Below, in pieces: positions 45,001-50,972 of a DNA stretch of 50,972 nt; positions within the stretch are counted from its first letter, which is position 1; every line of letters begins with the position of its first letter. Location of the stretch: positions 1 to 50,972 of the IMG/VR virus record IMGVR_UViG_3300030372_003123. The stretch is one strand, 5' to 3'. This DNA comes from a virus. Its lineage: Duplodnaviria; Caudoviricetes. A program made the translations under genes and the position numbers. The notes under the pieces were generated by a model. The model was not told the DNA's origin, ran no database searches, and was given only the letters and a program-made list of their open reading frames with translations.

Positions 45001-48000
45001 CATAAAGTTAGTTAAAACCTCATCTGCTTGCATGCCTTCAGTTCGTAATTGTAATTTAGTATATAATGCTGGATTTGTTTTTGCAACGTATTGCATAATG
45101 TCACTAGCTACATCTTCAAAAGCTTTTGGGTCTTGACTTATAGCTTCATTTAAAATAGTATGACCAAGCTCGTGCGTTCTTGTTTCAAGACGATTATCTT
45201 TAGCCATGTTTTCAACAACTTGTACTGGTATAAATTGACCATCAGTAGTTGGTATATTAGCGCCATGCGCTCCGTTTTGTATTTCCTGTATTAACTCTTG
45301 TTTGTTAGCATCAGTTATATTATCTATTTTATTTATACCATCAATTGCTTGCTGTACGGTTTGAAAGTTTTTTAATGATTTACCTAATTTAGTTTTACCT
45401 CGTTTTTGTTTAAAATCATTATTTATTTCTTGAGTATTATATAATATTCTTGCTCTTTCATTTATTTGAAAGTCACTGGGGTTAGCGCTTCCTTCAGTAA
45501 ATAACTCTGATTTAGCTTGTTTAAATATTTCTTCTTTTCTATTTACATCTTCTTTTTTCTTACTGTATTTAAAGCCTGTAAATTTATCACCAAATACTTC
45601 TGAGTTATTTAAATCATTTATAACTCTAGTTACATTATCGTATTTATTTTGTAAGTTATTTATTATTTCTTTTTTACTGTTTTTATCTAAAGTTTTATCA
45701 GCATTTATTTTTTGAGCATTTATTTTTAACTTTTGTTTTTCTACAACTAAATCTCTATACGTGCCAGCAAACTCAGAACTTAAATTTTTTACTCTACTAA
45801 CTTGTTGATCAATAATAGTTTCATTTTCACCTAATAACTCAGCTTGCTCGCTAGCTAAAGCTTCAATAGCTTCGTTATTTAATTTAGGATCTTTTAATTT
45901 TTCATTTACTTGCTCTTGCGTAGGACTGTTATTGCCTTCTTTAGCAAATTCTTTTTTAATAATATCTGATTTTATTTTAAATATACTATTATCTATGTTA
46001 CCTATTTCTTCTAAGTTCTGTCTAAATTTTTTTACTGTAGGTGGTGGAGAAAATTGATTAGCGATAACACCATTTAGCGTTGAAAAATAACTTGTTTTAG
46101 CTCCAAACATATAACCAGCCATAGCTTGCTCAGGCACACCTTCCATTAAAGGTCTATTAGAAATAGCATTTTGTAATACACCAGTAGTACCTTCACCAAT
46201 AGCCTCTGTTGCTCTTAACGTAAGGCCATCAACAACTGTTTCTTTTAAAAATCTACTATAAGTACCAACTCCGTCATTTAATACATTACCCTTAAATGTT
46301 TTCATTCGTCTAGTAACTCTACTTATTTGACTTAAAAAAACAACGTCAGGAACAAATTCAGCCGCAGCGTAACCAAGTGATATAGCGTTTTTCTTTAAAT
46401 ATGATTTTTTTTTAGCAAAAGGTTGCCGTTTTTCCTCTTCAAGCATAACCCCATATTGATTTGCACCACTACTACTAGCTACAAGATATACACCGCCTGG
46501 TAGAAATATAGCACCAAATTGAGCTATATTATTAGCCGTAGTGCTTAGTGCCCATCTACCAATGCCTTCACGGCTTTTAAAAGCGGTTCTAAAATCTACT
46601 GGCATCTGCTCCTCTTCTTTTAATATACGCATAGACTCGTTTAAATTCAATAAGCGTTGATTAGTCAATTTTCCATAAACTGAATCATCAGGATTCCAAA
46701 GACCACCTGACGCGATATGACCAGTAAATTGAATAGCTTTGTGAATACCACCAGCGCCAGTATAAAAAAGATTTTCAGCGCCTAATCCAAATTCTTTAAT
46801 AGCTTGCCTGCTATCGTTATAATTCCTTTGAATTAAGTTATTTATAAAATCACTATTCTGGTCTATGCCCTCACCTGCTTTATCATTCTCGTCTAGAAAA
46901 TTTTCATATTCCTCGTAGCCATTATTAAATTCCGCTACATTGTTTAAATAATTATCTAGTTCTCTTTGAGATATTTTTTTACCATTTTTTAAAGTAACAA
47001 CATCATCACCTTTTAATACATTAAATTCATAATCAGGATTTTGAACATTAGTTTCAAAATTAGTAATATTATTTGATAAATTTTTTAATATAGGTAAATT
47101 ATTTTTTTCGTAGTAAGCTTTTTCATAATCCGCTTGAATAATTTTTTTTGCTTGATTTCTATTGGATAATCCGCTTATAGCTTGAAACTCACTTAAATTA
47201 AAGCCTTGTATATTACCAAACCATTGTTCGCCTTCTATTTCATCGGAATTTAAAATTTTAGATGTATTATTTGTTATAACCTTTTGTTGCTGTTTTCTTA
47301 TTATTAATTTTCTAGCAAAGTTTTGTATTTGCTCTTTTGTTGGATTACTAATACCAGCTTCTTTTAATGACTTTTCAGCCATCTCAAGCTCTTCTTCAAA
47401 AGGTTGAATAATCTTACTACTAGCACCACGAAACGTCATCTCTTCAGGGGTAAATTGAATTTCTTTTAAATCAAATAAGTTTGGGTTATTAGGTGGGTTA
47501 TACTTAGGATTAGGATCGCCATTTGATAAAAACTCATTATTGTCAATAGGTAATTGAGGGTTTTTAGCACCGAATTGTAAATTTAACTTATCAACATCTT
47601 CTTGTGGTAGTATTTTATCTTTCTTTAACTTAAATTCTTCAATTAAATTACTTTGATAGTTTTCAATGCTTGACAGTTCTTCTTTATTTAAATTTTGATA
47701 TAAAAATCTGTATAAATTTTCAGATTGCTTATTTATGGCATCGTTAAATTTTTGTGTTTGAAATTCTTCTCCAGCGAAACCTTTTTTAAAAGTACCTGTT
47801 AAAAATTTTTTGTACTCTTGAGACTTTTTTATATTAGATCTTATATCAACGTAATCATTACTTAACGTAAAAGTGCCATCTTGTAGTTTATTTTTTCTAT
47901 AGATACGAAGATTCCCATCATTTGTTTCTTGCATTTGAAAAAGATCATCACTAAAACCCATTGCTTGTAGTTTATCTTTTTGTTCAGTAGGGGTTCCTGA

Positions 48001-48612
48001 ACTCCAAAACGCTGGATCTTTTACGTTAAAGTTTGCTATATCAAAACCTTCTAATATTTCTTTTTCGTAAGTTTTTCTTTCTTTACTTTTTTCTTCAGGT
48101 ATTATTATTTTTTCATCATCTTTTTTTTCAGACTTAAAAACAGGTATAGGATCAGCTACAACTAAATCTTTAGATAAATCGTCTGTTTTTTTAACTTTTT
48201 CTTTTTGTTTTTTATTTAAATCTTTTTCTTGAATTATATTACCAGTTACTGGATCTTCATAATAAGGACCGTTAGCTCCAAATTTTAATATAGGTTCAGT
48301 TGGTTCTACTTTATCTGGTTTTTTTTCAGTCGTTTCTATTTCAGTTGACTGCGAGTCCGATGAAGTATTTTTTGAATTAGGTTCTGTGTTTTCTTTTTGA
48401 TTGTTTTGAGATAGATCTATCTCTTTGACTTGTTTTTTTGGCTTATACATTTCTGATTCATTATTGCCAAAAAGACTTGGTGATCCCTCCTGCTGCTGCG
48501 CATCGGGATATTGTGATTTAAATTGTTCTATTAGATTTGAAGGTACAAATTTAGTTTTTTCTAAACCATCATCTCCAATGAATGTAAATTTTATTGGTGC
48601 TTGTTCTGCCAT
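39001..48612 (-). CDS. giant multidomain (polyvalent) virion/ejection protein
   Basis: HELGH zincin, sigma region 2-like segment, PD..ExK, HAD DFDDT...TAR...K...DD with inserted P-loop GGAGSGKG, and two C-terminal CxxxxxxGxRC zinc motifs. Confidence 0.8.
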   Translation of the reverse strand: MAEQAPIKFTFIGDDGLEKTKFVPSNLIEQFKSQYPDAQQQEGSPSLFGNNESEMYKPKKQVKEIDLSQNNQKENTEPNSKNTSSDSQSTEIETTEKKPDKVEPTEPILKFGANGPYYEDPVTGNIIQEKDLNKKQKEKVKKTDDLSKDLVVADPIPVFKSEKKDDEKIIIPEEKSKERKTYEKEILEGFDIANFNVKDPAFWSSGTPTEQKDKLQAMGFSDDLFQMQETNDGNLRIYRKNKLQDGTFTLSNDYVDIRSNIKKSQEYKKFLTGTFKKGFAGEEFQTQKFNDAINKQSENLYRFLYQNLNKEELSSIENYQSNLIEEFKLKKDKILPQEDVDKLNLQFGAKNPQLPIDNNEFLSNGDPNPKYNPPNNPNLFDLKEIQFTPEEMTFRGASSKIIQPFEEELEMAEKSLKEAGISNPTKEQIQNFARKLIIRKQQQKVITNNTSKILNSDEIEGEQWFGNIQGFNLSEFQAISGLSNRNQAKKIIQADYEKAYYEKNNLPILKNLSNNITNFETNVQNPDYEFNVLKGDDVVTLKNGKKISQRELDNYLNNVAEFNNGYEEYENFLDENDKAGEGIDQNSDFINNLIQRNYNDSRQAIKEFGLGAENLFYTGAGGIHKAIQFTGHIASGGLWNPDDSVYGKLTNQRLLNLNESMRILKEEEQMPVDFRTAFKSREGIGRWALSTTANNIAQFGAIFLPGGVYLVASSSGANQYGVMLEEEKRQPFAKKKSYLKKNAISLGYAAAEFVPDVVFLSQISRVTRRMKTFKGNVLNDGVGTYSRFLKETVVDGLTLRATEAIGEGTTGVLQNAISNRPLMEGVPEQAMAGYMFGAKTSYFSTLNGVIANQFSPPPTVKKFRQNLEEIGNIDNSIFKIKSDIIKKEFAKEGNNSPTQEQVNEKLKDPKLNNEAIEALASEQAELLGENETIIDQQVSRVKNLSSEFAGTYRDLVVEKQKLKINAQKINADKTLDKNSKKEIINNLQNKYDNVTRVINDLNNSEVFGDKFTGFKYSKKKEDVNRKEEIFKQAKSELFTEGSANPSDFQINERARILYNTQEINNDFKQKRGKTKLGKSLKNFQTVQQAIDGINKIDNITDANKQELIQEIQNGAHGANIPTTDGQFIPVQVVENMAKDNRLETRTHELGHTILNEAISQDPKAFEDVASDIMQYVAKTNPALYTKLQLRTEGMQADEVLTNFMEMVSSGEIDFKKEENSGLGGWMAGMLGQGVKDATKSDVDFNFESETDAVNFVTQLAKKIKNGTLTLKQRKEISRADIAKKAADRVKKRKSDELKLSKDAKPAVDELGKMGWTPKTWKEQGADFAIKEMKDNKMLDGLIANKYKADRVPQDFVTKVYSELTNHVKNFNPKVNDSLFGWVNSQIANKAGNVFNREYKTKQRTVDIDATTTEGAPVIQLEADTSVEQDLIDNIGLVKQEQSSKLRKDLGLNNDMSDRVRQAVTKTFGTRLPDVSSKNFRNELQKRFRTELKKPIQDMIGSRAKYDTFLNENFEAVYNALPVETLIQMERSLKPDQRIFTKSKRITKPTEVDQLISQGLLPKDTNRTSGPQLHTKKSYPGVEKVMAFFRGSNMQQELGYEVGASTLGTRKDKLAMEIGVELAFDATMDVVQQPDVMEKRKNILDLDGREILDNDIAIIAKQIDRDPSVKFSKTGVSAKSGDIIVDQAMDLVDKLSNAKKIEDIYSLKYNNGWKVKPEVGNYLEQVQDIVFKQFLNGDIILGDRQSKNAVAKVLKKVPRKIIQENTGTAVERAAINIGLQAEKKHANLVMLTREVAEGGIPDFHAGLIFKDKGGADVIFPLNAEIKFGAARLPQIPVNVIDFKNGKFKIKYEGKYKDKALKAVENALKNGGKNLVTELAKLGLPLEGSNSETPDFIHKEVSGLHVSKVADVSQTVDEGYAIEAYSKKSMPSDIIEVVGAGAYYLNDPYGIYSEMGVPKLKGNFPLKARIKSASYKEGPRGQKKTAGYKYPMTIEALISPEYLEPSTISMFDADFFDKLMNTKAVANLKAKAKYSKAATINDAFNNRINYSKTGEAKGISVFDFDDTLAKTKSGIRATIPNPDGTPKPNRKVVFLAGGAGSGKGNVIKKLGLSDSGFKIVNSDISLEWLKKNSGLPADMRDLTPEQRSALGKLGAESRKIAKRKMMKYQGEGNGVVVDGTGGSVKSMTSLVNEFKNKGYDVSMLFVDTSLDVALDRNKKRKERSLLDVIVKRNHKSVQKNKPEFKTMFGNRFMEVNTDNLTQKDAMPDNLVSNMNDFVNSYEKVRLDAEEFATQGESILQRGGDFDFTEFNDVVDGTPGPLLDKAKQRIDKFGNKDVFVLTARPQASAGPIQQFLKSQGLDIPIDNITGLANSTGDAKADWMLNKFAEGYNDMYFVDDAIQNVEAVKQALDQLDIKSDVVQAKIKFSKNASKELNDMIERKKKIGSKKVFSGAEARARGRNIGRFDFYIPPSAEDFKGLLYYFLGKGKQGDADMKFFSNNLLKPFANGIRAWNTYKQNMADDFRNIKKQNSKVVKKLNDKVEGTSLTNDSAIRVYLWNKAGKQIPNISKNLQTDLVNHINKNPDLKNFAEAISTITKIKDGYTEPGQNWVVGSIARDLSETVNKVGRKQFLNEWIDNKDQIFTTENLNKIEAAYGTRYREALENILYRMENGGNRVVSKDRDTNFMVNWINGAVGSIMFFNMRSALLQTISSVNFVNFSDNNIFKASKAFANQPQFWKDFTMLFNSDQLKQRRRGLQTDVSASELTKSFKENGNSYQAVVNFLLEKGFLPTQIADSTAIAFGGASFYRNRYNKYKKQGMTEAKANEQAMLDFQEIAEETQQSSREDLVSKQQASVLGRIVLAFQNVTMQYGRLTKKALSDLVNRRGDTKTNISKILYYGAVQNIVFASLQSALMFMMFSGDEEDEIIEEKETRVANSVLDSFLRGTGIYGAMASTLKNVAIEWHVQSQKAKEGFKKDEVMDIAQQALNLSPPIGSKVRKVIQAYKMKEFGRTATRDKLKFRLENPKLAAAAALIEGATNIPTQRLLNKANNLEEAITGNHETWKRVAMMLGWSRWELGLKDEEVEAAREEVKEEKKVEKEIKREEKKEQKKKEKEEQKKKEEEEKKKKGIKTVRCSGTRTNGQRCKLTTETSAKSWKCVHHKKFVDGSDTDGDGKKEYRCTATKSNGQRCKNKTENTNKKCYAHQ

Positions 48613-48622
48613 TACTGTTTCG

Positions 48623-48650
48623 TTAGTTACCCGTTAATAAATAATTTTAT
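48623..48650 (-). promoter_or_regulatory. putative late promoter
   Basis: ATAAA-N14-GGTAACTAA, just upstream of the giant ORF. Confidence 0.5.
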
Positions 48651-49594
48651 TTTTTTGCTAGTGGTTGTGGTTTTGTTTGGTTTGTTTGCATATTTCTTCT
48701 TGCAGCAGGGCTTAAATTATTATTATAATTTTGCTCTAGCGCTTTAGTAAAATATTCCGCTAAGTAATCTTTTAGCATAGTCTCGTCTTGTATTATAGCA
48801 TCTGATATAACTTTAGCATCTTCCGATGTTATTCTACCATCTTCTGGTGTAGGATCTTTTACTTGATTATCAGCCACGCCCATTTCTTTATAAGTGCCTT
48901 GTTTTATAGCTGATATTAAATCATCTTTAAATGTTCTGTTAGGAAATATTTTATCTAAAGTTAATGACTTTAAATCACCAGTTTCTACAATTTTTTCTTT
49001 AATATTATTATACTCTTTTTGATAATTAAAAGCAGGGTCATCACCTGGTTGCACGTCTTCAGCTTTTCTAATAACATCATCTAATAAAACTTTCATACCC
49101 TCTCTACTACCTTGATCAACTTTCATTCCACTAAATAAATCAGTTATATTAGCCATTGACATCCACTCACCATTATGCATTTCATATCCTGGTACATTGT
49201 CTTTAAATATAGGTTGACTTCCACCTTTTATAATATCAACTACGTCATTAGCATAAGGTCCTAATTTTTCAATAGGGTTATGGCCAAAACTTTCAGCATC
49301 AGATAATGTTTCTGCTATTTGTTTTTTAAATTCTTCTGGGACGGTCATTTTTTGAGCCTTCTCTAATGTTTCTTTTTGTATAGCTGCTTGTTCGTTTTTA
49401 TCAGCTTTAGAAAAGCGATCCTTTGCATCTACACCATAGTTATACAATTCTTCGTTTTCTTCTTGTGATACATTTGGGTCTCTATTTAACTCCTCATTCA
49501 TTAATTTTAAAAACATTTCGTTTTGATTAGGTACAGATTGAGGTTGAGCTTGCTCTATTGGCTGTTGACTTTGTGGTACGTACTCTTCTTCCAT
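48647..49594 (-). CDS. helical hypothetical protein (probable internal virion protein)
   Basis: 315 aa, between the pilot-like and giant genes. Confidence 0.6.
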   Translation of the reverse strand: MEEEYVPQSQQPIEQAQPQSVPNQNEMFLKLMNEELNRDPNVSQEENEELYNYGVDAKDRFSKADKNEQAAIQKETLEKAQKMTVPEEFKKQIAETLSDAESFGHNPIEKLGPYANDVVDIIKGGSQPIFKDNVPGYEMHNGEWMSMANITDLFSGMKVDQGSREGMKVLLDDVIRKAEDVQPGDDPAFNYQKEYNNIKEKIVETGDLKSLTLDKIFPNRTFKDDLISAIKQGTYKEMGVADNQVKDPTPEDGRITSEDAKVISDAIIQDETMLKDYLAEYFTKALEQNYNNNLSPAARRNMQTNQTKPQPLAKK

Positions 49595-49596
49595 TA

Positions 49597-50502
49597 TTAT
49601 AATATTTTAAATTCAACATCAATTTTAGAGTAATCAACTTTATCGTAACTACCATTGTTAATTACAGCATCGCTAGGTATTTCATCAGACATAACTCCTT
49701 GGTAAACATGTTCACCAAAAAATTTATCAATATATTCAAACGCATATATTTTTAATCCACTAGGTGATTTACCTATTAATTTAATATTCTTTTTTAATTT
49801 TCTATCTGACATTGCTAAAGAGCCAACTAATTCTACCCCGCTTGATATAGCCCCAGACCAAGCGTCATCTTTAGCTTGCTGAGTGCTGGCTTGTTGTTGT
49901 TGTGCAAATTGATGATCCTCTTGAGCAGCATCATATAAAGTTTTTTGTTTTGTCAACTCTCTTTGTTGAGAAGCCGCTTCACCTTGAGCAATTGATTGAG
50001 CTACATCATAATCACCTCTTGCTTCTTGCGTTTGTAATCTACCAGCCTCTCTAGCAGCAGCGGCTTGATTAGCTGCTTCTTGCTTACCTATACTAGCAGA
50101 AGATTTTTGAGACGCTAATTGACTTTGTTGCGCTAATGTTTGTGCTAATGCTGCAATACCACTACTACCAGCAGATCCTTTTAATCCACTCATTATATTA
50201 GCTTGGCTTTGTTGAAATTGTTGAGCTTGAAAATCTGCTTCTTGTTTATTTACAGTTAAGTCTTCCATTGTGTTTTCTAAGCCAGCATATGGATTTGTCA
50301 TACCTTGAAATGGGTTACTAGTATCAACATTTGAAAGTATTTCTTGCATTCTCTTTTTTTCTTGCTGCGCTTTCTTTGCTTTTTTGTCTGCTTTTTTAGA
50401 AGCTTTACCAGCTTTTATACCTGAATATATACCACCCACTAAACCTCCAATTGCTTGGACTATAGGTAATGGACTTTGTGTATTTTTTTCAATATATGAC
50501 AT
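49597..50502 (-). CDS. ejection/pilot-like protein with C-terminal intramolecular chaperone (peptidase S74)-like domain
   Basis: Gly-rich hydrophobic N-terminal helix, Q/A coiled coil and SDRKLKKNI...GVMSDEI...VDY. Confidence 0.7.
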   Translation of the reverse strand: MSYIEKNTQSPLPIVQAIGGLVGGIYSGIKAGKASKKADKKAKKAQQEKKRMQEILSNVDTSNPFQGMTNPYAGLENTMEDLTVNKQEADFQAQQFQQSQANIMSGLKGSAGSSGIAALAQTLAQQSQLASQKSSASIGKQEAANQAAAAREAGRLQTQEARGDYDVAQSIAQGEAASQQRELTKQKTLYDAAQEDHQFAQQQQASTQQAKDDAWSGAISSGVELVGSLAMSDRKLKKNIKLIGKSPSGLKIYAFEYIDKFFGEHVYQGVMSDEIPSDAVINNGSYDKVDYSKIDVEFKIL

Positions 50503-50521
50503 AAGTGTTTATTTTACTATT

Positions 50522-50549
50522 ATAGTTACATTTTTTGACTATTATTTAC
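50522..50549 (-). promoter_or_regulatory. putative late promoter
   Basis: GTAAA-N14-TGTAACTAT. Confidence 0.65.
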
Positions 50550-50943
50550 TACTTTCGTTGATTTCACAAGCCGCTGAAAACATTTCAGCTTTTGTTCCAG
50601 ATAAATTTTTAAACTTAACTAAAGCATAATATCCTAATAAAGAAGTTAAGTTTACTTTATTATCTTTTGCAAAGAATATAAAATCAGATGTTGTTGGCTT
50701 TGGCGTAGAAGTATTTATTCTACAAATTAGTGTCGTTGTTTGTGTTCCATCATCTAATGATGTTGTATTATTTATACTTGTAACATAACCTATTTTAGTT
50801 ATATTATTTCCATCAGCATATTTAAATCCACTACTAGTAATGGTTCCATTGCTACCTAAAGTAGCATAAAATGCTGTATCTCCAATTTGTAACGATGGAT
50901 AATCTGCTCTTGATACTTGTATTGTTATTGATACTGTTGCCAT
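50542..50943 (-). CDS. putative tail structural protein
   Basis: SLQIGD...FIFFAKDNKVNLTSLLGYYA.V.F.N. Confidence 0.6.
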   Translation of the reverse strand: MATVSITIQVSRADYPSLQIGDTAFYATLGSNGTITSSGFKYADGNNITKIGYVTSINNTTSLDDGTQTTTLICRINTSTPKPTTSDFIFFAKDNKVNLTSLLGYYALVKFKNLSGTKAEMFSAACEINESSK

Positions 50944-50972
50944 AGTTTATAGTTTTAAGATGCTGCAAATAT

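Noticed and set aside
39001-48612. Giant protein as a crAss/N4-type virion RNA polymerase
   Set aside because: The DFDD motif reads DFDDT with downstream TAR, K and DD motifs, which is HAD. No DxDxD polymerase context or T7-like motifs were seen.
1-50972. Stop-codon reassignment, introns/inteins, integrase, reverse transcriptase/DGR
   Set aside because: Genes are intact and tightly packed under the standard code. TerL, helicase and RNR are of normal length, and no RT or recombinase motifs were seen.

Overview
About 51 kb of an AT-rich tailed-phage genome, most consistent with a marine Bacteroidetes (Flavobacteriia-type) virus. The host inference rests on a T9SS-type C-terminal domain, an Hc1-like protein and the style of the portal and terminase. 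The minus strand at 1-9.9 kb carries portal (partial), TerL, GroEL/GroES, holin and structural genes. A C-rich/G-rich non-coding switch point lies at about 10.0-10.2 kb. The plus strand at 10.2-27.9 kb has small early genes behind a rigid repeated promoter-like motif, structured and tRNA-like ncRNAs, ligase, a sigma factor, ERF/exonuclease/SSB, primase-helicase, a T4 gp42-like dCMP-type thymidylate synthase homolog, MazG-like PPases, endonuclease I and class II RNR. No DNA polymerase is recognisable. After a bidirectional terminator, the minus strand at 28-51 kb carries late genes, including a 3203-aa multidomain protein. The most unusual signals are: (1) about a dozen otherwise unrelated late proteins sharing an N-terminal MAFKMxGxS[AP][FL]xK leader conserved at the protein level, a candidate capsid-cargo targeting system; (2) a giant protein whose zincin, sigma-like, nuclease-like and HAD/kinase modules are bounded by repeated x[FYL]SK motifs, a candidate injected polyprotein; (3) two RNAs with a perfect tRNA acceptor stem and T-arm but non-tRNA interiors, next to pseudoknotted ncRNAs and an ArfA-like micro-ORF; (4) probable cytosine modification; (5) a host-envelope gene set. 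All calls come from reading motifs by eye, and no searches were run.
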